A stretch of DNA of 64,000 nucleotides from Elusimicrobiota bacterium (GCA_043827405.1 JBDRPD010000054.1:32001-96000); one strand, 5' to 3'; shown: positions 8,749-19,775, counted from the first letter of the stretch. Notes: generated from the sequence alone by a model not told the origin. Made by a program: numbers and translations.

Positions 8749-10803
8749 ATGAGACGCCTAATAGCTTCCACGCTCGCCGCCGCCGTAATTCTCGCCGCCC
8801 CGGGGCCGGCCGCCCATGCGGTCGTCGCCAAGGCCGTTGTTTCGGCTAACGCCGTATCCGGGGTGGGACAGGTCGGAGCCGGGGGTGCGGCGGTTGGGCT
8901 TAATGGCAAGGCCGGTCTTGATCTGACGCAAATCGGGACGTCATTTTCCTTAAAGAGTACCTTGCCCACCGCCTCGTTCAAGGGGCTGAACGTTCTAAAG
9001 ACCGCTGAGGGGGGGATTTCGGCCGTCAAGTCCGTCGGCATCGTGGCGCATGATTCTGTAGAGACTTCGGTTTCCCCCAGCGCTTCCGTATCCGTTGTCG
9101 CTCCCAAGCAGGATGCTGCCAAGAAGACCGCCATGGGCCGCCTTTCGGCCGCCGTCTCCGGCATACCGCACCTCCTGGGGCTCAAGGGTTCTTCACTCAA
9201 GGCCGCGTCCGGACAAACTTTCGATAATGCCGGCCGGCATTCCGGGACGGCCGTCGCCGCGTCCGCCGACAGTATCGGGCATGCCCGCTCGGGGCTTAAA
9301 GCCGCCGGCAAGTCTAATGTCGCCGCGGATGTTCCCGGCGTGGAAGATGTCGCCGGACGGGCGGAGACGCCCGCCCCGAAGCAGAAGGTTTGGCGCGCCA
9401 TCCGCATCGGGGCGCTGACGGCCATTATTATGCTCGCTGCGGACACCATTATCATGGGGGTCGCCACGCATTTCGGCTACGTCTTCCATCCGAGCTACGA
9501 GATGCCGGCGCTGACCGATCCCGCGGCCTTCGCTGCCCTGGGAGATACGGCGGCGATGATTCTGTCCAAGGTGCAGGAAGTTTTCATGGGGGCGTTCGTC
9601 GCACCGTTTAACGAAGAGGTATATTTCCGCGCCGGCGTCATGGGGCTGGCCGCCCTCGGCGCCACGAGGACGCTCAACGGAGCCGTCAAACTGCTGACCA
9701 AGATCAAACCGAGCCTCGCCAAGCTCCGGGCGTGGATCACTCCGGCGGCGTTCGGCATCGCCGCTACCGAAGCGGCGCTGTTTTTCGCCTTCCTGCATGA
9801 GATGTCGGATCCGATCCTTATCACCATTCGCATTATCCAGGCACTGCTGATGTCTTATCTGTACGTGCGCGAGGGTTTGGTCTCAGGCATGGTGCACCAC
9901 GGGGTGTTCAACGGCCTGGCGATCCTGACGCTGCCCTTTATCTACGCCACAGTCGGCGGGACGACGACGATCTTGACCGGCCCGGCGCTGCTGATCGGAG
10001 CGCTGCTGGCCGCCGCCGCCTATTTGATCTGGAAGTTCACGCGCAAGACGGCGCGCGCGGAAGCGCGCGAGCTGCGCGCCGGGACCCTCGCTCCTTACCG
10101 TCTGAGCGCGCGCAGCAGCACCTGGCTCGGCCGCGTCGGCTGGGGAGCGGTCGCGCTTCTTGCCGGGCTGGCGATGATCCAGCCGGCCGCCGCGGGCATG
10201 GTGATGCTGGGCTCGATGGCGGCGCAGATGGCGCCGGCGGCGCTGGCGCTCACCGCTTACGGCTTCCTGATGAAGAATCTGGAGCGGCGTCAAGGCGCCG
10301 CGGCGGTCGACGCAATCCGCAACCCGCAGGCCTGGTTCCCCATGGGCAACCGCGTTGGCGCCTGGGTCGGCGGAGCCTTCGGTGCGATATATCTCGGCGT
10401 CATCGCCGCATCGTTCCTGCTGCAGGGTGTGATGGCGGCTCTCGCCGGCGCCTCGCTGACGACGATCACCGTCGTCGCCGCCGCGATTCCGGGGGCGATC
10501 TTGGCGGGGATCCTCGCCTACCGCTGGTTCGCCCGCAAGCGCGGGATCTCTCCCTGGGTCTATCTTGCCCAGTACTTCTTTGCGACCATGGCGGCGATGA
10601 TGGCCGCCATGCCCTGGCTGGCCCCGATGCTGATGAAGGTGCAGGAAACGATCGCCGCTTCCGGCATCAACGGGACCATGATCATGCCCGCCGTCGCCTC
10701 GCTCGCCTGGATGATGCCGCTGTTCGTCATTCTCGCCGCCGGGATGACCTGGATCGCGCGCCGCATCATGCGCAGCGGCGTCCCGTCGAAGCCGGCTGAG
10801 TAG
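8749..10803 (+). CDS. CPBP (CAAX/Abi) family intramembrane protease with ~215-aa N-terminal leader and extra TM helices
   Basis: APFNEEVYFRAG, FAFLH and HHGVFN motifs; many TM helices; signal peptide. Confidence 0.85.
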   Translation: MRRLIASTLAAAVILAAPGPAAHAVVAKAVVSANAVSGVGQVGAGGAAVGLNGKAGLDLTQIGTSFSLKSTLPTASFKGLNVLKTAEGGISAVKSVGIVAHDSVETSVSPSASVSVVAPKQDAAKKTAMGRLSAAVSGIPHLLGLKGSSLKAASGQTFDNAGRHSGTAVAASADSIGHARSGLKAAGKSNVAADVPGVEDVAGRAETPAPKQKVWRAIRIGALTAIIMLAADTIIMGVATHFGYVFHPSYEMPALTDPAAFAALGDTAAMILSKVQEVFMGAFVAPFNEEVYFRAGVMGLAALGATRTLNGAVKLLTKIKPSLAKLRAWITPAAFGIAATEAALFFAFLHEMSDPILITIRIIQALLMSYLYVREGLVSGMVHHGVFNGLAILTLPFIYATVGGTTTILTGPALLIGALLAAAAYLIWKFTRKTARAEARELRAGTLAPYRLSARSSTWLGRVGWGAVALLAGLAMIQPAAAGMVMLGSMAAQMAPAALALTAYGFLMKNLERRQGAAAVDAIRNPQAWFPMGNRVGAWVGGAFGAIYLGVIAASFLLQGVMAALAGASLTTITVVAAAIPGAILAGILAYRWFARKRGISPWVYLAQYFFATMAAMMAAMPWLAPMLMKVQETIAASGINGTMIMPAVASLAWMMPLFVILAAGMTWIARRIMRSGVPSKPAE

Positions 10804-10884
10804 GCCGCTGCGTTCTGGACGTCCTGTTGAGCCGGAACGATGAGGGAAGCGGCTAGCGGAATTCCAAGAAAGGGAGAGGCGCGG

Positions 10885-11868
10885 CTACTTATGCCAAAAC
10901 CAAGTCTCGTAGACGAAGGCGCCTTCCGCCTGCAGCTTCTTCTTCACCTCGACGACATCGGTCTTCGCCGGCGGCTTGATCTTCCGGCTGTCCAGTTTCT
11001 TGCGCACTCCGGCCACGCCCATCTTCTTGAAGCCGATGGCGGAGTCGAGATCCTTGCGCGCCAGGCTGACCGCGCGCTCGCCCTCGAACTCCGCGATCTT
11101 ATTGGGCGCGGCTAGGATATAGAAGTATTCCTTGCCGGTGGTGTCGTCGAGAAACAGGACCTCCTCGTTGCTGGGGACCCATAGCGCGGTCCCCGCCGCC
11201 ACGGGGTTGGCGGCGGTGTTGAAATCCGCGTTGGGAAAGAGCCGGTAGGACTTATTGAGCGCATCCACCTGATAGATGTAAATGAAGCTGGTATCGCTGG
11301 GCTTTAAATAGACGGCGTAACCGTCGCCGGACTTTAGGACGCTGCCGTCGCTCAGCGCCTGCATCTTCTTGTCGGCGTCCTCATAGTAGAAGCCGATATC
11401 CACGGACAGTTTAATGTTCTTCTCGGCGGATATCCTTTCGTATTCCTCCTTGGGAATCTTCAGCAGCACCGACGCCTGGTAGCGGTTCTTTTTCCGCCGC
11501 ACGTACCAATTTTCTGCGATGGCGCCTTTTACGACGGCTTTGATCCGTATCTGGCTGCTGCTCTCGATATCGGTCTTCTCGCTGACCTTGCCCTCGGCAC
11601 TGGAGTAAGCCTCGTAGATTCTGTTGAGCGAATCGATGTCCGTTTTGCAGTAACGGACGAATTCCCGCGTCGCCTCGGCCATCGCCTCATCGCGGGCTGC
11701 CCGCTCGTCCTGTTGCGGGCGGGAATGACCCACGGAATAGATATGCTCCTTGTCCGGGATGATCGTCTTTTCGAGCCAGTCCGGTTCCGCCGCCTGCGCC
11801 GGCGACCACGCCGCAAGCATGGCGGGCAGGAGAAGGATCGATACGCAGCGTAAAATTTTAGAACCCAT
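10885..11868 (-). CDS. Exported protein with LPP20-like N-terminal domain and DUF4384-like C-terminal domain
   Basis: Signal peptide ending AQA; YSVGHS..ARDEAMAEATRE (LPP20-like); LKSGD..YIYQVD..RLFPN..LFLDDTTGKEYFYILA (DUF4384-like); GAGGAAGG RBS before ATG 11868. Confidence 0.75.
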   Translation of the reverse strand: MGSKILRCVSILLLPAMLAAWSPAQAAEPDWLEKTIIPDKEHIYSVGHSRPQQDERAARDEAMAEATREFVRYCKTDIDSLNRIYEAYSSAEGKVSEKTDIESSSQIRIKAVVKGAIAENWYVRRKKNRYQASVLLKIPKEEYERISAEKNIKLSVDIGFYYEDADKKMQALSDGSVLKSGDGYAVYLKPSDTSFIYIYQVDALNKSYRLFPNADFNTAANPVAAGTALWVPSNEEVLFLDDTTGKEYFYILAAPNKIAEFEGERAVSLARKDLDSAIGFKKMGVAGVRKKLDSRKIKPPAKTDVVEVKKKLQAEGAFVYETWFWHK

Positions 11869-11893
11869 TTCAGCCTTCCTCAATACGCGAGAT

Positions 11894-14800
11894 TCAGCGC
11901 CCCATTAACACGAATGCCGACCAATAAAACGGATGCTCGTAGCCGTCGCGCCGGATGGCGCTGCGCGCCAGGCGCAGCGCCTCGGCAGGCTCCTTGCCGT
12001 CCTTCAGCCGTGCGAAAAACTCCCCGGCCAAGGCCACTGTCGCGTCCTCCGACACCGACCATAGGCTGATGAGGACATTGGCGGCCCCGGCGTACTGGAA
12101 CGCCCGCCCCATTCCCATCACCCCTTCGCCCGACACGTTCTTTCCCATTCCGGTATCGCATGCCGTCAGCGCGGTCAGTTCCGCGCGCATCTTGAGCCCC
12201 ATCACCGAGCCCATGGTGAGGAAGCCGTCGACTCCTTCGGCGTTGCCCACTTGATTGAGAACCAGCGCCGGCTGGCGCACATACGGCACGGCCCCGTCCA
12301 ATATGCCGTGGGTACCGAAGACAATGTAACGGTAGCTCTCCAGCGGCATCTTAAGCACGGCGTCTTCCCGTGCCTCCTCGCCCGCGATCACGGCGGCCTC
12401 GTCTCCGAACAGCTCCTTGAGTCGACGCCCGATCTCGGCGGTCTTTTCCAGTCGAGGGAACATCGCGTCGACGGCGTCGCCAGGCGCCGCGGCGCGCTGT
12501 GCGCCCCGGCGCCGAGTCCCGCCGACGCCCATCTTCTTCCACTGCGCGATCGCGTTCAGCTGTTGTTTCGCGACGGCGCTCGGCGTGCGCTGCGCGAGAG
12601 CCGCGGCACGGCTATCGGCGGGAGAGAAAACCGGATCAACTACCGCGAGCGCGGCATGGGACTGCGCCCAGCCCTTATTGAGCGTGCGCAGCAGGCTCAG
12701 CGAGGTGGCAGACTGAGCGTAGCTCACGGCAAAACGGTCGCCGAGATACTTCACCCCGATGGGGAAGGGGCCGTGCTTCCCTTCGCCGATCTTTTCGACT
12801 TTGGGAAGCGAGATCGGCAGCGACTCGAAAGGAAGGACGCTAAGCGCCTCATCCGGCACGATGATCAGCCGCGCTCCGGCGGGCAGCTTTTGCAGCTCGT
12901 CCGCAAACAGCAGATCGTGAAGTTTTTTGCCGGCCGCGGCGTCGTATTTCGCCAGATCCATTGCCGAACCCGCTTCCACGAAGGCTTGGCGATATTGGTC
13001 GACCGCCTGCGCTAGCTGCCGGCGCGAAACCTTAATCCGGCGCACCTGCAAAGACTTGTCCTTGCCGCTGAGGATGAAAAGCAGCGTTTCAGTCTCCGTC
13101 ACCTCGAACTCCGCCAGCGTCTCGTCGGCCGCCAGCGCGACATCCGCTATCGCGACGGGTTCTGGATATTTGACGGCAGCGTATTCCGGATGATCGGCGC
13201 GCAGCTGCTCGATGAGTTTGGCGCGCGACCGCATCAAGCCCTGCAGCTCTCGCTCAAGCTCCTGGTATCGGTCGGTTTCCTTCTTCTCATATGCCGCGTC
13301 CATTTGCGTGTAGACGAACGCGAGCTTGTTCTCCAATTCCACCTCCCGCTTGCCGACGGCGGGCGGGATGCTGGGCGCAGCCTCGCCGTGCCGGCTGGAG
13401 ATCGACTCCGCCAGCAGCCGCCCGCGGGTGAACTCGGCGTAGTAGAATGCGCCCCTGTTCTCTGCCGATGTGCGCGGTGCCGTGCGGACCAGTCCTTCAT
13501 AGGCTTCCAGGCGGCGGAAACCCAGATCGCTGGCGCCGAAAAAACCCGCGCGCTGCGGCCCGGTCAGCGTCGAGCGCATTCGCTCGATCAGCTCGCTCGC
13601 CTTAAGAAAATATTTGAATGCTGAGGCTCGATCATCGAGCCCTTCAAAGGCCAGCCCTAAACCCGTATAGTTGGCGAACAGCTCGACGCTTCTCCGGCGG
13701 GTTTCGGTAGTGGCAAGCGTCTCCATGAAGCTCTTTTTCGCCTGGGCAAAATCCTCCTTCGCTAGGTAGTAGCGCCCCAAACGCAGCGGCGACTGCGCGC
13801 GGGAGTAGATCGCGAAGGCTTCCTCCAGCTCTCCGCGCGCGAAATGTACGTCGCCGACCATTAGCTCCGCGTGCCAGGTGGGCGCGTCGCTCTCTTTCTG
13901 CAGCGCTATCATTTTATTGTAGTGCTCCAAAGCCTGCGCGTATTCGCCCGTATCCAAGAGGATGTTCCCAAGATTGCCAAGCGCCATGGCCTGACTGTCC
14001 TTATCGCCTATTTCCCGTGCGATTTGCAGCGCCTGCCGTTGCTGCTTTAAGGCCGCGGGATAGTCGCCGATTTTGTGATAGACGTTTCCCATGTTGATAT
14101 GGACGGCTGCGACGCTGCGTTTATCACCCCGGTCGCTGTGGATCTCGAGCGCCTGCCGGAGATGCTGCAACGCCTTGGGAACGTTGCCGATGCTGACATA
14201 GGTGGTTCCGATATTGCTGAGGACCGCCCCTTTACCTTTTTTGTCGTTCATTTCGTTGTGAATGGCCAGTGCCTTCTGATACTGCTCCAGCGCAAAAGGA
14301 TACTCGCCCATCGCCGATAGAACGTTCCCCATATTCATAAGCGCTATGCCCTGGCCGTGCTTATCGCCAAGGTCGCGCGCGATCCACATTGCCCGCATAT
14401 GGTGGTCGAAGGCCTTCCGATATTGACCTAGTTGACGATAAACGAGTCCAAGGTTGTCTAGAGAAACTCCTTCAGCCTCCTTATCCTTCGTCTTCTGCGC
14501 GATCTCCAGCGCTTGCTTGCCGTTCTCCAGCGCCTGCTGATTGTCTCCCATGCGCTGCCGGACAAGCCCGATATTGTTGAGCGCGACGCCCTCGCCTTCC
14601 TTATCGCCCAGGGCGCGATGGCTTTCCAGCGCCTGGCGGTGATATTTGAGCGCTTGATCGAACTCGCTGCGGTCATTATGGACATTCCCTAAGTCGGTGA
14701 GAGCGGCTGCCTCCCCCTTTTTGTCGCCCTGGCCGCGGTGAATCTCCAGCGCTTGCCGGTAGAGTCCCAGTGCCGCGGGATAATCGCCGAGACGCTTTTG

Positions 14801-15265
14801 TGCGTAGCCGGCGGCACGAAGGCTATTCGCTTCTTTTTTCTTCTTACCGAGCTCGTGGTAAATTTGTGCCGCCTGTTTGCGGGACTCAAGCATCTTGGGG
14901 AAATCGGATTGACGCTTATAGATGGCCGCGCAGTTTTCGAGAGCGACCGCTTCGGTGCCCTTGTCGCCGCGGTCGCGCGCATTTTCCAGCGCCTGATAGT
15001 GGCTTTTCAGCGCTCGGGGATAGTCGCCCATGTCCTGATAGGCGACGCCGATGGCGCCGAGAAAAAAGCCCATGGCCTGGAGGTCCTGTTTGTCTTTGGC
15101 TTTCTGCAGGCCGGTCTCCCAGAGCTCAAGGGCGCCCTTGACGTCAGAAGCTTTGTGTCTCGCCTGACCCCGCAGATAAAGAGCCCTTAGGTCTTGACCA
15201 TACGCGGATACGGAAAGACCGACCGCGACAAGCAATAGCGCCGTCATGCGAAGTGATTTTATCAT
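11894..15265 (-). CDS. Exported TPR-repeat plus CHAT (caspase/HetF-like) protease
   Basis: Signal peptide from ATG 15265; about ten 40-aa TPR-like repeats; CHAT motifs LIIVPD, FGTHG (His), LTACDTG (Cys), SLWSV, HPFYWSAF. Confidence 0.93.
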   Translation of the reverse strand: MIKSLRMTALLLVAVGLSVSAYGQDLRALYLRGQARHKASDVKGALELWETGLQKAKDKQDLQAMGFFLGAIGVAYQDMGDYPRALKSHYQALENARDRGDKGTEAVALENCAAIYKRQSDFPKMLESRKQAAQIYHELGKKKKEANSLRAAGYAQKRLGDYPAALGLYRQALEIHRGQGDKKGEAAALTDLGNVHNDRSEFDQALKYHRQALESHRALGDKEGEGVALNNIGLVRQRMGDNQQALENGKQALEIAQKTKDKEAEGVSLDNLGLVYRQLGQYRKAFDHHMRAMWIARDLGDKHGQGIALMNMGNVLSAMGEYPFALEQYQKALAIHNEMNDKKGKGAVLSNIGTTYVSIGNVPKALQHLRQALEIHSDRGDKRSVAAVHINMGNVYHKIGDYPAALKQQRQALQIAREIGDKDSQAMALGNLGNILLDTGEYAQALEHYNKMIALQKESDAPTWHAELMVGDVHFARGELEEAFAIYSRAQSPLRLGRYYLAKEDFAQAKKSFMETLATTETRRRSVELFANYTGLGLAFEGLDDRASAFKYFLKASELIERMRSTLTGPQRAGFFGASDLGFRRLEAYEGLVRTAPRTSAENRGAFYYAEFTRGRLLAESISSRHGEAAPSIPPAVGKREVELENKLAFVYTQMDAAYEKKETDRYQELERELQGLMRSRAKLIEQLRADHPEYAAVKYPEPVAIADVALAADETLAEFEVTETETLLFILSGKDKSLQVRRIKVSRRQLAQAVDQYRQAFVEAGSAMDLAKYDAAAGKKLHDLLFADELQKLPAGARLIIVPDEALSVLPFESLPISLPKVEKIGEGKHGPFPIGVKYLGDRFAVSYAQSATSLSLLRTLNKGWAQSHAALAVVDPVFSPADSRAAALAQRTPSAVAKQQLNAIAQWKKMGVGGTRRRGAQRAAAPGDAVDAMFPRLEKTAEIGRRLKELFGDEAAVIAGEEAREDAVLKMPLESYRYIVFGTHGILDGAVPYVRQPALVLNQVGNAEGVDGFLTMGSVMGLKMRAELTALTACDTGMGKNVSGEGVMGMGRAFQYAGAANVLISLWSVSEDATVALAGEFFARLKDGKEPAEALRLARSAIRRDGYEHPFYWSAFVLMGR

Positions 15266-15561
15266 AGGGTTCTTCCGCCCTCGGGGGCAACTCCAAATAC
15301 CAACCATATTGTACTGTACGCGATGTTATCTTAGAGCGCAATGACCTTCGGGTCCAACGGTCCGTCTGGGCAGGGGTCAAATGCGGAGCGCGTTATAGAC
15401 CGTCGCACCAGAACGAATAGCGCGGCCTGCGAAGTACAATTCTGCAACCGGCTGCGAGCCGGCCCGTAAGGGCGTCTATTACCGCCTTTGGAGCGCCGCC
15501 GCCAAGCAGCAATAGCGCGCCGCTGTTCGCCATTCGCCGGCAGGAATGGTAGGATAGTGTT

Positions 15562-16257
15562 ATGCCACTCATGCTCCCCGCTATCAAGGTCTACGATCTC
15601 ATCAAGAACGAAGCCAACGGCGCGATCTACGCCGTCAAAGAGATTAGATCCGACGGCTTGTTTCTCGTTAACGAGGTGGGCGCCGATGTGAAGTTCCGCT
15701 TCATCGGACAATTTGTCGCCTGCACCGAGGAGGAAGCCCGGAAGTCCGCCTATTTGGTCGACATTGCCCGCTCGCGGCTGATGCCGAAGAATACCGGCGC
15801 TAGGAAGCTCACCGGCAGGAAGGTCGGCATCGACGAGAGCAAGATTCGCGCGCAGTTCGAGCAGTACGAAGAGGGTCTCAAGCAGCAGAACACCTCCGAC
15901 CATGAGAACTTCATGGAGTTCTGGGCGAAGCTTATCAAGTTGGTCGGCGATTTCCCCGGGCGGTCATGGGGGATGCGCACTTCGGCCAAGTTCGGCCTCA
16001 ACCCTTGTCTTTACACCGCTAATGAGACCGGTAAGCGCACGGTATTGGCGCATCTGTGGGGAAGCGGTTCGATGGAGGAGGGGCTTCACATCCTTATGGT
16101 CGGCAAGTACATGAAAAGCGAGTTCAAGCCCTTGTTCCCCAAGTCGACGTTCTTCTACGGCAAGGGCCCGTCTGTGGACGTTCCGTATCCGGCCTTGAAG
16201 GAAGGCCAAGGCGAGGAATACCTGAACTGCTTCAAAGGGCTCTTGGGCTTGAGCTAA
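15562..16257 (+). CDS. Hypothetical protein
   Basis: 231-aa ORF with protein-like composition and AGGA RBS; no motif recognised. Confidence 0.7.
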   Translation: MPLMLPAIKVYDLIKNEANGAIYAVKEIRSDGLFLVNEVGADVKFRFIGQFVACTEEEARKSAYLVDIARSRLMPKNTGARKLTGRKVGIDESKIRAQFEQYEEGLKQQNTSDHENFMEFWAKLIKLVGDFPGRSWGMRTSAKFGLNPCLYTANETGKRTVLAHLWGSGSMEEGLHILMVGKYMKSEFKPLFPKSTFFYGKGPSVDVPYPALKEGQGEEYLNCFKGLLGLS

Positions 16258-18065
16258 GCTCGGCTCTGCAGCTCCTCCCAGCGCGCCATCAGACGATCCA
16301 CCTCGGCCTGCGCCGCCTCAGCAGCGCGATGGCGTTTCTGCAGCTCGGCCACATCCGTCGCCACCTTAGGGTCCATCAGCGCATTTCGGGCCGCGGCGAG
16401 GAGGGCTTCTGCCTTTTCAATTCGCCCCTCCATTTTATTGAGCTCTTTGCGCTCGGCATGGGTTAGCGTTGAGGCCGGCTTCTTTGACTCCGCGGAGTCA
16501 TTTCCCGCTCTTTGCCGGGCGCGCTGCGCAGCGGCGCGTTCGGCTGTTTGGAGTTCCCATTGGTATAAATCGGCATAATAGCTGTAGCCGCCTGCGCCGT
16601 CTAGGGCTAGGATTCGATTCGATACTCGGTCCAGCAGGAACCGGTCATGCGTCACCAATATTAAGGCGCCCGGGAAATCCAAGAGCGAAGCCTCCAGAAC
16701 CTCCAGCGAAGGGATATCGAGATCATTGGTCGGTTCGTCGAGCAGCAGGATGTCCGCCGGGCGCAGCATCAGGCGGGCGATAAGCACACGCGACTGCTCG
16801 CCGCCGGATAAGCGCTTGAGGGGAAAATTCAGCTTCGACTTGTCGAACAAGAAGCGCGACGCCCAGCCGGCGACGTGGATTTTGCTGTCGCGGTAATAAA
16901 CATGCTCTCCGTTTTCGCACAAGGCCTTGCGCAGCGGCAGTTCCAGATCCAGCTGCTCCCGATGCTGGTCGAATGTCTGCAGCCTGAGTTGGTCGGCATG
17001 CTTTACCGTGCCGGAATCGGGTTCGAGCTTTCCGGACAGGACCTTGAGGAGGGTGCTTTTGCCGCTGCCGTTGGCGCCCAGCAAGCCGAGCTTGTCGCCC
17101 GGCCCGAGCTCCAGGTCGAGCCCGGTGAATAGCGGTCGTCCCCCGAGGCTCTTGCTGACGCTTTTGAACTGCGCGAAGCGCTTGGTCTTTCGCTCGGAGC
17201 CCGAGAAATCGATGGTCGTGCGCCGATCCTGATCATTACGGTACTTGAGTTCACCGAGTTCGTTTATCATTTCGCCGGCGCGCTGGATGCGCGCTTGCTG
17301 TTTGGTGCTCCGGGCCTTGGCCCCGCGCTTAAGCCATTCAATCTCACGCCGCACCAGGTTGCGCATTGAGGCTTCCTTGGCGGATTGATGCGACAGGTGC
17401 TGCGCGCGCTTTTGCAAAAAGGTGCTGTAGTTTCCGTCAATGCTGAAGTGTCCTTCTTTGTAGCGCGGACTCAGCTCGATGATGCGGTTGCTTACGAGCT
17501 CAAGGAAGCGGCGGTCATGCGTGACGACCAGAAAGGAGAAGCTTAGGCCGCGCAGCAGCGTTTCGAGCCAGAGAACGCCTTCGAGATCGAGGTGGTTCGT
17601 CGGTTCGTCCAGCAGCAGCAGCTCGGGCTGTTTGACGATCTGGGCCAGGATGGCGAGTCGTTTGCGCCAGCCGCCCGACAGCTTTGAGACGAGCTGGTCG
17701 GGCTGGGTGAAGCCGGCGTCGGCGAGACCGGCGTCGGCCCGGGTTTCCCGTTCATAGCCGGCGAGGTCTTCGTTCTTCAGGGAGTGCAGGAGCTCTTCTC
17801 TCACCGTCCGGTCGTTGTGCGCGTCCTCGGTTCGGTCCTGCTGGGCCAGGTAGGCGACTTTAAGCCCTCGGCGGCGGACGATTTCGCCTTCGTCGGGCTG
17901 CTCGGACTGCGCGAGGATGCGCAGGAGGGTGGACTTGCCGGTGCCGTTGGGGCCGATGAGTCCGGTCCTCTCGCCTGCGAATAAGCCGAAAGAGAGGTCC
18001 TGGAAAAGGGGCCGCATCGAGAGGGACTTCGCGATGCCTTGAATCGAGATGAGGATGTTGGCCAT
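16254..18065 (-). CDS. uup: ABC-F family ATPase, Uup-like
   Basis: Two ABC domains ([26 protein letters not shown] twice), linker [14 protein letters not shown]-terminal coiled coil ending RWEEL. Confidence 0.85.
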   Translation of the reverse strand: MANILISIQGIAKSLSMRPLFQDLSFGLFAGERTGLIGPNGTGKSTLLRILAQSEQPDEGEIVRRRGLKVAYLAQQDRTEDAHNDRTVREELLHSLKNEDLAGYERETRADAGLADAGFTQPDQLVSKLSGGWRKRLAILAQIVKQPELLLLDEPTNHLDLEGVLWLETLLRGLSFSFLVVTHDRRFLELVSNRIIELSPRYKEGHFSIDGNYSTFLQKRAQHLSHQSAKEASMRNLVRREIEWLKRGAKARSTKQQARIQRAGEMINELGELKYRNDQDRRTTIDFSGSERKTKRFAQFKSVSKSLGGRPLFTGLDLELGPGDKLGLLGANGSGKSTLLKVLSGKLEPDSGTVKHADQLRLQTFDQHREQLDLELPLRKALCENGEHVYYRDSKIHVAGWASRFLFDKSKLNFPLKRLSGGEQSRVLIARLMLRPADILLLDEPTNDLDIPSLEVLEASLLDFPGALILVTHDRFLLDRVSNRILALDGAGGYSYYADLYQWELQTAERAAAQRARQRAGNDSAESKKPASTLTHAERKELNKMEGRIEKAEALLAAARNALMDPKVATDVAELQKRHRAAEAAQAEVDRLMARWEELQSRA

Positions 18066-18147
18066 GGCGCTGTTGGGTTTAAAGTTATACAAGTTCGCCG
18101 GCCATTGTGATACGCTTTTCCTACCGGGAGAAGCAGGGGGGTAGCTG

Positions 18148-19716
18148 ATGACGCCGACCGCCGAGAAGCCAAAAGAAATCATCTCCATCAATCCCGCGAC
18201 CGGCGAGGAGGTCGGCCGCATCCAGGGTCTTGGCGCCGATGAGGTCCGCGCCCGCGTCGCTTCCGCCCGCCAGGCCTTCGTTCTTTGGTCGCGAACCTCC
18301 TTCGCCGAGCGCGCCGAGATGGTCCTTAAGATGCGCCGCTACCTGCTCGATCATATCGATGAGATCGCGGAGATTATCTCCAAGGACAACGGCAAGCCGC
18401 GCCTCGAGGCCTTGAGCTCCGAGATCTATCCGATCTGCGACCTCATGAGCTGGTTCGCCGATAACACCGCGCGGCTGCTTAAGCCGAAGCCCGTCGGCAT
18501 CGGGGTGTGGAACCTTTTCCTGCGGCGCTCGGTGATCCATTATGATCCGATGGGCGTCGTCGGCGTGATCTCGCCATGGAACTACCCGTTCTCGATTCCG
18601 CTGGGCGAGATCGTGATGGCGCTCATGGCCGGCAACTGCGTCGTGCACAAGGCCTCGTCGTCTACCCCGTTTGTCGGGAAGGCGATCGCCGACGTCGTTA
18701 ACGCGGGGGGGCTGCCCGACGGGGTCTTTCATGACCTGCCGGGATCGTCGGCGGTCGGTACGGCGATGATCGACGCCAAGGTCGATAAGATCCTCTTTAC
18801 CGGCTCGGTGGGCGTCGGCAGGAAGATCATGGAGATGGCGGCCAAGCATCTTACCCCGGTCTCGCTCGAGCTCGGCGGCAAGGATCCGATGATCGTTTTG
18901 GCCGACGCCGACCTCGACGTCGCCTCGAGCGGCGCGGTGTGGGGCGCTTTCTGCAACTCCGGCCAGACCTGCGCCTCGGTCGAGCGCGTCTACGTGCAAG
19001 AGCCGATCGCCGAGGAGTTCATCCGCCTCGTGGTTGAGAAAACAAAGGCCTTGCGCCAGGGATGCGGGCCGGGCGACGACTGCGACGTCGGCTCGATGAC
19101 GACCGAGGGCCAGCTCAAGGAGGTCGAGGAGCAGATGGAAGACGCCAGGAAGCGCGGCGCCAAGATCCTGACCGGCGGCGAGCGCGACGGGTCCCGTCCC
19201 GGCTGGTTTTACAAGCCGACGGTGCTGACCCATGTCGATCATGGTTTCCGCTGCGTCATGGAGGAGACCTTCGGCCCGACCATGCCGATCATGACCTTTA
19301 AGGACGAAGATGAAGCGGTGCGCCTGGCCAATGATTCGCCTTTCGGGTTGACGGCGAGCGTATGGACGCGCATGACCTCGCGCGGCTTCGCTTTGGCGCG
19401 CCGCATCCGCGCCGGCACGGTGACCATAAACGACTGCGTGTTCACGCATGGGGTGTGTCAGACTCCTTGGGGCGGACCGGGCGACAGCGGCATCGGGCGC
19501 ACGCATTCCTATATGGGGCTCATGGAGGTCGTCGAGCCGCACCATATTCACGTAAACCCGCTCACCTTCCAGAAGAATTTCTGGTGGTATCCCTATGGCG
19601 GTGAGCTCTACGGGCTTCTGAAAAGCCTGACGCGGACGCTGACCAAGGGCGGCTGGTGGGGAATTTTACAGTCGGTGCCGAACCTGATACGCATCGCGTT
19701 GATCAAGAAGCGCTGA
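18148..19716 (+). CDS. NAD(P)-dependent aldehyde dehydrogenase
   Basis: [29 protein letters not shown] motifs. Confidence 0.95.
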   Translation: MTPTAEKPKEIISINPATGEEVGRIQGLGADEVRARVASARQAFVLWSRTSFAERAEMVLKMRRYLLDHIDEIAEIISKDNGKPRLEALSSEIYPICDLMSWFADNTARLLKPKPVGIGVWNLFLRRSVIHYDPMGVVGVISPWNYPFSIPLGEIVMALMAGNCVVHKASSSTPFVGKAIADVVNAGGLPDGVFHDLPGSSAVGTAMIDAKVDKILFTGSVGVGRKIMEMAAKHLTPVSLELGGKDPMIVLADADLDVASSGAVWGAFCNSGQTCASVERVYVQEPIAEEFIRLVVEKTKALRQGCGPGDDCDVGSMTTEGQLKEVEEQMEDARKRGAKILTGGERDGSRPGWFYKPTVLTHVDHGFRCVMEETFGPTMPIMTFKDEDEAVRLANDSPFGLTASVWTRMTSRGFALARRIRAGTVTINDCVFTHGVCQTPWGGPGDSGIGRTHSYMGLMEVVEPHHIHVNPLTFQKNFWWYPYGGELYGLLKSLTRTLTKGGWWGILQSVPNLIRIALIKKR

Positions 19717-19775
19717 AGCGGAAATAAGTCAATAAGTATAATAAGTTGAAGGCCGGTACCAAGAGGGGGAGAGCA

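Noticed and set aside
11894..15265. Craspase (type III-E CRISPR-associated Csx29) locus
   Set aside because: No gRAMP/cas genes or array in the window, and the protein has an export signal.
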